64,000 bases of DNA from Vicugna vicugna (lineage: Eukaryota). The stretch spans positions 6,972,407 to 7,036,406 of the forward strand of contig MU058584.1 of the NCBI GenBank assembly GCA_013265495.1, given 5' to 3'. The notes beneath the pieces are model-generated. The model was not told the origin of the DNA. It saw nothing but the letters and a program-made list of their open reading frames with translations, and did not search any database. The first letter of the stretch is position 1. The number at the start of each line of letters is the position of its first letter. Both the position numbers and the translations under genes were made by a program. Below, one piece after another: positions 36,815-49,330 of this stretch.

Positions 36815-39800
36815 TGTAGTGGGAGCTCTTTGATATCATCTTGACTTCATTCCTCAGAGCAATTCTATAAAGAGGAAAAGTATTACTATCTCTATTTTAT
36901 GGGTGAAGAAATTAAGGCTTAAAGAATTTAAATACCAGCTAAATACAAGGTTATATATTGGCAGATTTGATTATGAACTTTTCTTCTTTCTCACTCCAGG
37001 ATCCAAGCTGTTGGCCCTAAGCTGCCATACACGGTGCAATGGAAATTACTACCCATTCAACATCCACTCCAGAAGTATGCAGTAAGCATTTACAGTACAC
37101 TAGACCCTGGCATAGATGCAGATCATGTGGGATCTCTGTCTTCATACAGCTTCTAGTTTAAGTGGAAAGGCAGACATTTACAAGTAGATGCAGTGAGAAT
37201 TATGAGGGAGAGCTAGAGGATGTTACACAAGAGTCTGTAACCAGAAAGTTACAGGAAGTAGCTGAATCCTTCTAAACCCAGGAACTCCACTTCCTAGCTG
37301 TGTGACTTGAGGGAAGTTACAGTTCCTTATTTGCAAAATAATGACAGTAACACCAACTACAGGTTTTGTGCTGGTTAAGAGCTACAGTGTTGTAAAGCAC
37401 AGAACTGGACAAGAAGTAAGCACTCAATAGTCATTAATTAGCAATTATTGAAAATATTCATTCATATTTAAGTATATGCAAAAGCAGGGGTAAAACAGAA
37501 AAGAGCAGTGGAGGGAAGAAGGAAAAAGTGGGGCAAAAGCCATAAGACTAGAGGGGCAAAGCGTCACATGACCTGGTTTAAGATCCAGTCCTGCCTGGCT
37601 AGAAAGAAAGCGCCCTGCCAGAGAAAGCTGGAAAGGTGCGTGGGGGACCACACCAAGCCTTCAGGTAAAGATTTTTATCTTCATACAGAGGCAACTGAAG
37701 CATCAAACCTGCTCAATTAATACTTGTTGAAAGAAATAATGCCATTAAGCTGTATTTCTTGTGTGATGTCAATAAAATTCACAGATTTTACCTAGGCTAC
37801 ATAATATCCCAGTGAAAATCCATCCAAAGTCTCCTCTTGCCTCTGGAGTAAAAGTCAGACTCATGTTTATAAGGCTCTTTGCAGTCTGGTCTCTGATCAC
37901 CTCTGCAGTTTTGCTTTTTACTCCTTCTACTTTTTCTACTCCTTCTCTTTCACCTTATCAACAGAGCTACCAAAATACTTTAAAATCCTCAAACGTGCCA
38001 CATTCCCTTTGGTTTGGGGGTATCTTTTCACATGATGTTTCCTTTGCCTCGAACATTCCTTACCCCTCTCTATATCCAACTGCCTCCCTTTCCCTAAACC
38101 TTGTCCCACCACATATCACCACACCTCCCCCATCACAGATACACACTCACTCTTAACACACACCCACGTATGTATCTAATTTCTATGAAATGTTAGGATT
38201 CATCTTCTCTAACCAGCTGTCTCTGCAGATCTGGGTTAAATGCCTATTCTTTGGTTCACATGTACCTTTTAATTCCCTCATCAGTGGGAAATGTACTACC
38301 ATTAGTTATAATTGCTTATAATTTTTTTTTTAACTTTACCCCCATCTCCTCCCACTTGGTGATTCACTCCCTGAGAGCAAGAGTATAAACTGTCTTACTC
38401 ATTTTTATCTCCTCTGTGGCTGGCACAGTGTCTGATATAAGTTCTTAAATATTTGTTGAAGGAAAAAATTTAAGTAAAGTATATATAAAGTTAAATGTCC
38501 CCTGTTAAAATTAAAGCAAATAATACAGATTTATGATATACATCATGACATTTACAAATAGCGAATACACTGTTTGAGTAATGCATTATGAATTCCCACT
38601 CCATTTATTTTCTGTGATCCACTTAGAAAAAGCTCAGTTCTTGGCATTAGGTAAGAACCTATCAAAGTTCTGTGCAATACTTACTTGCAAGATTGATACC
38701 AATTCTTTAAAGCAAAATTCCCTCTAGGGTGATTTAAGAAAAAATTCTTCTAATGCAAGGTGACAATATTTAGTTATGATTTATTTGTTAACAAGACACT
38801 TTATCCTAGTAAGTCCTTAAACCCTCAGTTAGTACCATGGGCTGGATGGTTAGCTGAGAAGTCACACTTCTAGAGAACAGGCAACAGGCTGTTGCTCACT
38901 GAAGACAATTTTTTTTCTCCACTGTTCTGGAAAAAAGTTCCTTTTGCAACTTATGTGATGAAAAATAATAACAATAATCTTGAGGCCAAAATTTTCTTTC
39001 ATACTTTGAGCTTAAAGGTCAAAATGTCAAACAAATAACTAGAACTTCTATTTGCATGGTACCATGTCAGCTTAAATGCATACTCATTACCTCCTCATTC
39101 CATAACATTGATTAAGTTGGGTAGATAGTTAATGCATTGCTGAATTGTTGATTCAATTTGAATTTTAAGGAGAGTGAGGATTTCACTCTCCAAATCAGTA
39201 ATCTAGGTACTTTAGTGGTTTTAATTGTATCAGATAGACCAAATCACAGATAATTTATTACTCACTGATTTTATTTTATTTTATTTGTTTATTTTTGCCT
39301 CTCCCCACCTCCCCCACCCTATTACTTACTGATTTTAAACAAAAGAATTTCTTGCTTTTGGTGTTGATCTTTCAACAATGCATAGCATTTGTTCATGCTT
39401 ATTCTTTTTGTGCTTTTTAAATCACCTTCTGTCACTGAGCTGAGGGAGATTTCACCAGCACAGACATAATGCTCTGCCAGCAAGGAAAGAGCCTGGTCTT
39501 GTCAACAGCATCAGTCTCTGTACCTCCAGGTCATATGGAAGTGATGAGGAGGTACTGTCCTTGAGTAAAGGGTCCGAGAAAGTACTCAAAGAGCCTTCCA
39601 GACAACCTGGGAGACTACAGAGTGAATGAAGGCATCAGCTTTGTTTGAAGTTAAACCTCAGTTCAAACACCAGCTCTAGCACCAATTAGTATTGTGAGCT
39701 CAAAGCATGCCCCTTATCCTTTGGGAGCCTCAGTTTTATAAACTGCATTGAAATTTGCCATGTCAAATGTGTGTGAAGGACTCATAAAAGTGCTGGCCCC

Positions 39801-40273
39801 AGGGAGGTTGTGATAATTTGTAGCTGTCACAGGGTAGAAGTTAATGCAGCAGAAACAGCCAGGTGAGAACCACAGCAATGGTGTGTTCATTTGCTGCCAA
39901 GGGTTCCTCAGGCTTCTCACTTCTCTCCAGCCTGGTTAACACCTCAAGATTAAAAAGAACCTTCTCTGTTATCAGGCAAGTTTCTCTGTCTCCAGAAAGG
40001 GCATCTTCTCAGACAGCAAAGATCAAAAGGAGATTTTAATGTGGAAGAAGTTTAGAACTATGATCTACATCTCCACTTCATTGTAGCCAGCATAGGGTGA
40101 CCCTGAACTGAGAAGTTTCCTGGATCACGGGCCCTTCAGGAGAAAAACCATGACAGCCTTATGCTAACTGAGATGATTCATCATCCTGTTAGCATTTTCC
40201 AAGGTTGAGCAGGTAGTCTGGTAATGTGTAGCCTAACAGGTGCTACTATTTTATTAGTCATTACAATAATTAA

Positions 40274-40828
40274 TGAAACAGAGCGGGACCCTGTGGGATC
40301 CTCCCTGGTACAAATCCTTTGTGTCCCCTGTTTCTTGTTTGTAAGAAATAGGCTTCATTCAGCTTCCTTGACCTTCCCTGAGTTCCAAAGGGCAGATTCA
40401 AACAGCTGCTGATCAGGTAAGGGAGTCCCGAGACAAGGAAGGAACAGTCAAGAAACAATAGTGCAACCTTGAGGCAGGGTCCTGATTCCCCTCAGGAATA
40501 TACATAACAATATCTTTGAGTTCTGCAGAAACTAAGGCCCCCACCCAGGTGGAGGATGGCAGCTTTAGGCTGAGCACAAGATTCCTGGAACACTGCCTGG
40601 TTCCCTCACCACCAGCTAATCTGAAGAAAGTCACACTCACCCTATAGCGTTCTCCCCAAATTTTGCCTATAAAAATTTTCCCCCAAAACCCATTAGGAAA
40701 TTCAGGCTTTTTGAGTGCAAGCTGCCCATCCTCCTTGCTGCAATTAACTGTTCTCAGCTCCACATTCTGACATTTCGGTTTGTTTGGCTTCACCATGCTT
40801 CATGCACACTGACTTTTGTTCGGTAACA
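40274..40828 (+). mobile_element. ERV1-like solo LTR
   Basis: TG...CA with a perfect 4-bp TSD TTAA (40270-40273 / 40829-40832); TATAAAA near 40668. Homologous to 17671-18340. Confidence 0.85.
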
Positions 40829-40862
40829 TTAAGGCTTTCCAATTAAAAGTAATAACGAATAC

Positions 40863-41523
40863 TGATGAAACCAGGAAAAATGTGGGGCGTGAGGATGGCT
40901 GTATCCCAGGCCTTGGTCTTCCCTAGGACACGCCCCGTGAAGTGAGGATCCTTGGCTTCCTGCAGGAAAGAAGTCAAGAGTGAGTCACAGTTGAGTAAAA
41001 GTAGATTTATTCAGAGAGATGCACTCTCCACAGACCGAGTGTGGGCCATCTCAGAGAGGCCATGAGGCGTGTGTGTCAGGGGTGGGAGGGTGGTTAAAGT
41101 AAAAGCAGATACACACTCCATAGTCAAAGTGTGGGCCACCTCAGAAGGCCAGAGAGAGCGCAACCATGAGGTGTGGGATTGTTCGTTTTTATAGGCTTGG
41201 TAATTTCACATGCTAATGAGTAGGAGGATTATTTCAGCTATTTTGGGGAAGGGGAGGGGATTCCCAGGAACTGGGCCCTGCCCCACTCACTTTTTGACCT
41301 TTTATGGTTAGCCTCGGAACTGTCATGGCACCTGTGGGAGTGACGTTTACCATGCTAATATATTACAATGAACTTATAATGAAGCTCAAGGTATGCTGGA
41401 AGTCAAACCTCCTACCATCATGGGCCTCAAGCTCTATTGGGAGTTGAGTTTTCTGCCATCTTGGTGCTAATTGCTGTGTCAATCTGTTAATGATTGTGCC
41501 CTTCCCCCTTCCTTCCTGTCTCA
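40863..41523 (-). mobile_element. ERV1-like solo LTR with an internal tandem duplication
   Basis: TG...CA. Plus-strand TTTATT (~41007) and TTTTATA (~41188) give minus-strand poly(A) and TATA signals. Duplicated block CTCCA(C/T)AG..GTGTGGGCCA(T/C)CTCAGA at ~41025 and ~41115. Confidence 0.75.
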
Positions 41524-44500
41524 TTGGTAACATATAGGTAATAATGAATAGTGACATGAAGAGTTTTATTTCACTACAATTTACCCAGGCTGTTAAATAC
41601 TTTGAGAAGCTTTTTCTCAATCCTGTTTCAATCACTATTCCTCTTTTCTCTTCTTCCTATCAAGACAGTGCCCTATAAAGTTAACAATAGTCCAATCTCT
41701 TGAGGATTGTACTTAGAACTAATTCCCATTTGAAGCAATTATCTCACTGAGACTCTCAGCAAAGCAAAGAAATATTTCTGAAATAACTCTTTAATTAACC
41801 CCAGCAGAAATAAGAATGGAAAATACAAAGAAACAAAATCTGAACTAGGTGTGAACTATTGATACTATGTAACACGAAAAAATTCTGTGTTCCACTAAGA
41901 GCCTGAAAGTTATTTTAAAAAACCTAGTCCCACTGCTCACAAAGAAATGTACTATCCAACTTACTTCTCTTAATTATTATGTAGCAATAAATGATTTTAA
42001 ACTTGGTGGTTTAATTATATATTTTATACACAATTGGTTGGGCAGCCAAAAAAAAAAAAAAGGTTAAGTGACTTATACTTTGAGAAATGCTACCAGCAGC
42101 AGCCAGAGTTACAATTTTAGAGGTAATAACTGAGTACTGTATCTATATCTATCAGCAATATCTCAAGTTTCTATTATCGGTCCTAAAACATTAAGAAATC
42201 ACCTTTTCTGTAACTTTAATTATCACCTGGCTAGTTTCCTCTGTAACCTTTTCTGCTCTACATTTCCTAGACCCACTCCCTTTCCCTTTGGTCTCAGTCC
42301 CTGCCCTTTACCATGACTCACTTCCGGACTCAGGTGAACTTCCAGCCTGAGGCAAAACTGGGAGCCAGTAAGTCTCTGTCCTTTATCTCCTCCCTTTTCC
42401 TCTCCTTTCCTTTCCTGTGATTTTTTCTATTCATTAACAACACTATACTCTCAACTTAAATCCAAGGCTTCAACAACTTAGTTTCTCCTCTCAGCTAAGA
42501 AAATTCTGGGGAAATTTTCAGTGGACAATAAATCTCAGTTAAGTCAAATTTCACTGACATATGACTTGTGATAAATGAACCATACTTTTAGCCGAACTGT
42601 ACCTTTTATTCCATTATAAAAGGGATTGCTGAGCAAATTAATGATAGACTGATAGTTGATCAATAGTAATACATATATTATCATTTAATAACTATATAAT
42701 ACATACATAATAAAAATAATTATCCTACTTAACATGTAATATATTCATATCACATATATTGTCATATATTTAGTGTATAACCTCTCACAAGTTGACAAAA
42801 GGTAATTTTTCAAAGCACTGGTAATATTTTTCTTTATTAGCAAAATTACAATATCTGTTGAGGTTTGAAAAATGAGATTACATTTTCATACAGTGTTTGG
42901 GTATTATGGTTTTCATTACACAGGCGTATACTATTTCACAATTTTACTAAATATGATTTGTTAGACCATTGGTGAGAAGAAACCAAAATTGTCATGTTCA
43001 CATAAACATTTAGGAAACACTTCTACTAATGAAGTGTGATACATTCATCGGTTCTTTTACTTTTCACATAATACCCCGTAAGTCTCCAATGCCTACAGGT
43101 TTGTAGGATCAATCTCAATGAGAGGGGCAGAAACTCAATATAATCACCAGCAAATAAGGCTGGGCAATCACAAACAAAATAAGTCATGTTGTTTGGAGAA
43201 TCAATTTGTTTTCAGTATGAAACTGGTTTTCCTGATTTCATATACCAGTTGGCAATTTAATAATGTTACCCTAAAATTAATGTTTAAATGGCAGACTGGA
43301 AATTAAATGCAAATTTTTATTCAATCTGCCATGAAAACATGTTTGTTATGACAAGTTTATCTATGTTGAAAGGGTGCTAGGAGCGGTACCAGTAATTCAA
43401 AACAAAAGTAAATTTTTAAAAGAGTATTATTTGGCTTTGATATTGTACCAGTACCTAGAAATTGCAGTCAGGTTTTTCTCCAAAATATAGGAAATAAGGA
43501 TAATAAGACTGCTTTCTGAGAGATAAGCTTTAAGGTCACATACAATGGATATGAGCAGAAGTAAGCAAAATTACCTTTAAAACACAAACTGGCCTGACTT
43601 AATTGTAATGATTTTTATTGAAGAACATCACTAAGAAGGTTGAGTAGCCATGGAAACGCAGAAAAGAGCATACAGGGGCACTTTTGGGCCAGTGCCCATC
43701 CAAGCACCGTCAGGAGAGAAAGAGCCCAAATCACCAGCACGGCAGGATGTCCCTACTGTATTGGAGCTCAGTGTAGAAAGTTGCAATCATTGGAAACTGA
43801 GTATCTCTATCCTGGGGACAAAGTCATCCTGTCACGGAGACAGACGAGTCAAGAACAGTATATACACACACCACTCCACTTGCTCTGAATCTGTGCTCAT
43901 CGAGCAACCTTCCGATAATGCCTTTGTCCTCCTGAGTAGGGCTGTCTACATAGAAAATGTGCTGGCTTTGCAGTTTTGAGTGTTCAGGCATATAAATTAT
44001 AGCTCTTGGAAATTAATAACTACTCTGGTTATATATGTCAGTCTTGCGACCTTGGTTAATGTAAGCTTATCTGATGTTGGAGCTGTTCTACGTTGCTAAA
44101 GAAAGATGTTTCTCTTCAAGACACTCTAGATCACATCCTAGAGTGTTTTGGAAAATTCACCGAAGTCTTGTTTCCCTGTCCTCTTGGGGACAGTCATCAG
44201 GTCTTCCCCTGCCAGTGACCCTGTATCAGCCAAGTTTTTCCACTGCAAAAGGTCATTGATTTTAGTGGGGGTGGGGGAGTGGGGAGGAGGGTGTAGTGCC
44301 TGCAATTTACCTCTCTATTATTTTACTTATTCCAACATTGTTATAGTGACAATTCCATGACCATAATGGTGTGGAAGACAACTCAGATGAGGAGAGGTGG
44401 TAGTGAATTCTTGGATTTAAAATATACCATAAATAATTCATCGAGTGGACACAAGTTGCCATTTACTACACATCTACCATATGTTTAAACAGAATATTAA

Positions 44501-44539
44501 CATCACTATAGTCCCTCACACACAGACACCCCACCTGCC

Positions 44540-46685
44540 TGCATTACACTTGCCTTTGGAAAACCCAGCATAGGTGAATCTCACTATCATCTCCATAGCT
44601 ATACCAAAGAGCTGACACTACTGGCAAAATCATATGAATAAACTGAACAGCATATTTTATATCCATAATCCCAAACTTCAAAAAGTGTTCTCCACAAAGC
44701 ATGCCCAGTCTACTCTGTTCCTCACACTAGGTTTACTTTTTCACTCCCTGAGAAATAACTTTTGAATCTCCTTCTCCTCAAACTCCTACATTCCAAGCCC
44801 TTTCAGCAGATTCCCTTGCCCCCTACTTTGCTGAGGAAACAGAAGCCATCAGTGGGACTTTCCTTATGCTCCCACCATCAAATCCTCAACTGTCCCTAAG
44901 GCTGCTCCTCTGTTCTCCTTCAAAGGTGAATCCTCAGGCAGTGCTCTGTCTCACCCCTTCACACCTTCACACAGACTATCTTTTTAAGTCTTCCCTCTTT
45001 CTACTAAACAGTTGCTCCCACCTCCTTCTTCTGGGTTATTCCCATCAACATACAAGCATGATCTACTATTTCCAATATTTTTAAATGTCTCTCTTTACTC
45101 CACATTCCCTCCAGCCACCACCTGTTTCACTCTCATGGCAGGGTCCAAGTTCTCGAAAAAATGGTTTATCTATGGTCTCCACTTTCTCAGCATCTATCTC
45201 CTTTTTAGTTCAACACCATATGGCTTCCTGACCTCACTGCTCCACCAAAACTTCTTGTAACAGATACCAGGAACTTCCATGTTGCCAAATATAATGGGCA
45301 CTTCTGGCTTCTTCTTCATATGACTTGACCTGTCAGCAGCATTTATACATAGTTGATTGCTCACACCTTCTTGTAATACTCTCTTCCCTTCAATTCTTTG
45401 ACATCATCTTCTTTGGGTTTCCCAGTTCTCTGGCATCTCCTTAGTGTTCTTTGCTAAGTCCACCTCTGCCTAACCTCTAAATGTTGGTGTTCTTCAGGGC
45501 TGAGCCTTTTCTCTTCTTTCTCTACTCTCTGTCTCTGAGTAATCTTATCTCTTCCCACTACTTTAAGTACATGTCTCTGAAATACATGTGAAAAATATAT
45601 GAAACACATCTATTAAGCCCAAATCTCTGTCGCCAACCCCAAACTTCCCCCTGAGTCTGAACATGCGGGTCAACTGCATACTTAGTCTACAGCTGAACTT
45701 TACATGAACATCTCAAATTTAACAGGTCCAACATAGAATTTTTCTCAATTTTTTCTTTTTAACATTCAATTTTTATTGTTCCACCAACCAGACTGTTTTC
45801 TTTCCCTCCCCCATTTCCATGGTCTCTATAAATGTCACTCTCATACACCCATTGTTCAAGTCATAAATCCGTAAGTCATCATTGAATCTTCTCTTTTCTT
45901 CATACCCTTTCGAAGTGGTCATCTCCCACAAGCAAATATGTTCTAGCTCCAAAATAAATACCAAACCTTTTTACTTCTCTCCATCCCACTGCCTCTATCC
46001 TACTCCAAGACACTATCATTCTTCACTACTGCAATTTCTTCGTTATAGCCTACTGGGGTTCCTTGCTTCCATCCGTCCCTCCCTCCAAAACATTCTTCAC
46101 ACTTTTCACTCAGCAGTAATGGTGATATCCTTAAAATGTAAAATTGGATCATGTGGCTCCCCTCCTTAAAATCTTCCAATGGCTTTTCACTGCACCTAGA
46201 AGACATTCTGAATGCCTTACTCCAGCCTCCAAGGCCCCTCTGAGCCTAGCTCTTGTCTCTCTTTTTGTGCCACTCTCTCTCTTAACTAAACTCCAGACAT
46301 ACTCCTCCTAGTTCCTAGAACATTCCAAGCTCTTTCCCAAATCAGGGCATTTGCAATTGCAGTTCACTTGGTCCAGAGCACTGTTGCACCTGCTCTTTGC
46401 ATTGCTGCTTCTTGTTATCATTTAGGTCCCACTTTAAATGGCATCTTTTTAGAAAGATACTCACTGACCACCCTTCCTAAAGTTAAATTCCTCCTGCCCC
46501 TCTTCCCGGTTATTCTTTACCTTAATACCCTGCTTGTTTCCTTCACTGCACATATCAAAATCTATTCTTTGATCTGCATCACTAAACTGTTTCTTTAGGA
46601 CCAAGATCTAACTGTTCTTTACCTGTGTATCCCAGTACCTAGCACATATAGTAGGTGTTCAGTAAATCTTTGATGACTGAATAAT
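44540..46685 (-). mobile_element. Long L2 LINE remnant
   Basis: Pyrimidine-rich antisense L2 text (TTCCATGTTGCCAAAT, CTTGACCTGTCAGCAGCATTT, AACATCTCAAATTTAACA) ending CCTAGCACATATAGTAGGTGTTCAGTAAATCTTTGATGACTGAAT. Confidence 0.8.
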
Positions 46686-47289
46686 ATATGTACACACACA
46701 CTATATATACACTATATATGTATGCATATATTTATCATTTGTTTCTCATAACAATTTTAGGACTCATACAAATTTTTCATTATACATTACAACTTTTTCT
46801 GATTATAAAATTTGAAAATTACAGATAGGCATACATAAAATATTGTTTAAAAGCTGAAGGCTCTAAAAAACTTGTTAACATGTTTATCATTATTAACACT
46901 TTGGAGTACATTTTTTGAGTCTTTTGTTCTATGTATATACATATATGTGTGTTTTCGTAGTGTAATGATGGCTTAAACGTTTCCCTGGTTATTAAATATT
47001 ATTGTGACTTTAATGGCTTCAAAATAGTCCATAATATTAATGTATCATAGTGTATTTATCTGTATCTTTATCAACGGACAGGTTTGGGTATGAATATTGT
47101 GTAGGTGCATTTCTGGAAAATATCAGGATATTGTCAAATACAGAGGTTAAAGATTAGGTACGGCTTACTTTTGATACACACTGCCAAACTGTGGGTTGAA
47201 CCAATTCACACACCTATCCAGCACATCCAAGAGTGCTCACTTCCCCGAGGCTTATCAACCTGTAATCGAGGTCTCTTTAAGAGCTCCTG

Positions 47290-48330
47290 GACAGGTCTCA
47301 GGCGAACTCTTTACCCTGCAGCGGGAGCTCTTATTGCAGGGACTCCCTCCGTCCAGCAGAAGGCGCCGTCGCCTTCCTCCCGGGTTGGGCCGCCACGGAG
47401 ACCTCACGTGATCCGGCCGTCTCTGCGCCGGGGGGCGGTCTTGCGGGGGATTTGCCTGACGTACGCCGCCGAATGACGTCGTACGTAGGGGCTGGCTAGC
47501 CGCCATCTTGCTTCTTTTTCTCGCTCGCTATCTCCCTCTCGGGAAGCAGCGAAAGTGCTTTGGCGGTTTGTCCATCCGCAGCTTCGGCTTTCCGGGTTCG
47601 GTGGTCCTTCCAGCCACCCCCTCCCCTTCGCCTCCCCTCCCCCTTCCCCCGATCAGAGCTCGGCGGGGCCCCTCGAAGTGCGCCAGCGCACTCAGCTTGA
47701 CACTCACCCTGGCCGGTAAGGAAAGCTCGGGCGTAGGAGCTGCGACCAAAGCGGGCCCCATCCGGGAGGGCTGGCGCGGGGCGGCCCGGGCCGTGGGAGC
47801 GCACCCCGGCCCTGGCCCCCGGACACGGGGAGCCGCGTGGACAGGGCCCTGGGTGGGTCCGGGCATCCCCGTTCCCCCTTTGGCTGCCATCATCTCTGTC
47901 CGGGGGAGCCTCGGCCTCCTGCTCGGGGAGCGGGAAACCGGAGTCACACCCGCCCCATGTGGTCTGCAGCGGGAGTTCCGGACCCGTCGGTCTCCTCCTA
48001 CCCAGGCCCTGCTCGGGCCCTGCGGGGGGATTACGCGCGTTGCCGGGTAAGGGAAGGGAGTTTCCTTCCCGTAGGACAGGCGGGTGCGCTGTCTCTTTTC
48101 TAGCGTGGGAATGCGTCCCCCAAACAAGTCAAGGGCTCTCCTAGGGCCTTCAGTGCTCTCCTCTTCTCCGTGGGTGGTGACGGTGAAATTTGCAGTGAGC
48201 AGTGTGCGGGAGAGACCCGGTTAAAGACCGGGCTCGGTGAGAGGCTCTTCGGGGAATCAGGACCAACCCTACTTCCGCTAGGGATGTGCTGCCCCAACTC
48301 CAGGGGCGGGTTCGGAGACTCTTTTCGCAC
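47290..48330. promoter_or_regulatory. PRRC2C: CpG island promoter of PRRC2C
   Basis: ~1 kb GC- and CpG-rich island in an otherwise CpG-depleted window. TCACGTGA E-box 47404-47411, GC box ~47431-47438, TGACGT sites at 47457 and 47474, YY1 motif GCCGCCATCTTG 47499-47510. No TATA box. Confidence 0.9.
47490..47715 (+). other. PRRC2C: Non-coding first exon (5'UTR) of PRRC2C; start approximate
   Basis: GCGAAAGTGCTTTGGCGGTTTGTCCATCCGCAGCTTCGGCTTT..CTTGACACTCACCCTGGCCG resembles the recalled human PRRC2C 5'UTR. Strong donor CCG|GTAAGG at 47715/47716. Consistent with the human gene order FMO4-PRRC2C on the same strand. Confidence 0.75.
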
Positions 48331-49109
48331 CCTGGGCCTCTGCATCCCCGAACCTGCATGCTGAACCCCACTCTGCAGCTTCCTCTCTGAGATGGCATTA
48401 GTATTGATGTTACGGCAAAGCCCCCGCTTTAGGACTTGAAGAAAAGGGCACGGAGGCCAGTAAGAACGCTGATAGATTCTTCCTTTGCTTGAGAAGAATG
48501 CGTCTAATTCCTTTAAAGGTTGCATATTTGTTTTAACTTGATCTGAGATTTTTTTTGAGCTTTCTGACATGCCTGATGTTTGCTGTCTTCTAAAGCTACC
48601 CGGATTTCCGCATTGGCCGATCTTCAGCCTAGGTCTGTAGATTCATACCTCACCAGGGTGCTTGGAATTGTACAGTAGGCGGCTGTGCTTTAAGATTTTC
48701 ATTTGGAATGCACCAGAAGAATCCGGGATCCTTGATTAGGTGCTTGATAGCTTACTCCTGCAGATAAAAATGATAGGATGATGCTTAAGGGTCCACCAAG
48801 CTTAACTCTAGCATTTGTTAAAAGTAGATTTAACCTCCTGTGTTGGTAATTAAGATGCTGCTCTGACTGGAGCCATTTTTAGGTGTGTGTCACAGATGCA
48901 CTGCAGCATCTTTTCTGGCCCACCTCAGATGCATTGTTCCCCTGGAAAAAAAAAAGAGGAATAGATTAAATTTGAGTTCTATCTCTAGCGTATATTCAAA
49001 TAGTTATTTTCTCCTTGACTATAACGGAATTTTCAAAATACAGACATTTTACTTTTATTTTTGTACTTTGGTTTAGTGGGCTTATATATGTGGCTGTTCT
49101 CCCTCCTCC

Positions 49110-49330
49110 ATAGTTGACCGTTTACTATGTACTGAGCACAGAAATAAGACCTTTACACACATCCTCTTTGTTAAAACTACAGCAAGCCTTTGAGGGATGT
49201 GCTGTTGTCATCCCCATTTCACAGATGAGTAAATGAAATCTGAGAAATTAGTTGGACTACGGTCACACAGCAGTTATTGATGGTGCTGTATAGACTCAAA
49301 CCCAGATGTCTAAACCCAAAAGGGTTGCTC
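49110..49330 (-). mobile_element. MIR SINE
   Basis: ATCCCCATTTCACAGATGAGTAAATGAAATCTGAGA..GGTCACACAGC..ACTCAAACCCAG. Confidence 0.7.

Noticed and set aside
47105..48570. Several 100-200 aa ORFs on both strands
   Set aside because: Pro/Gly/Arg-rich frames expected from stop-codon scarcity in a CpG island; the + strand ORF crosses the exon 1 donor.
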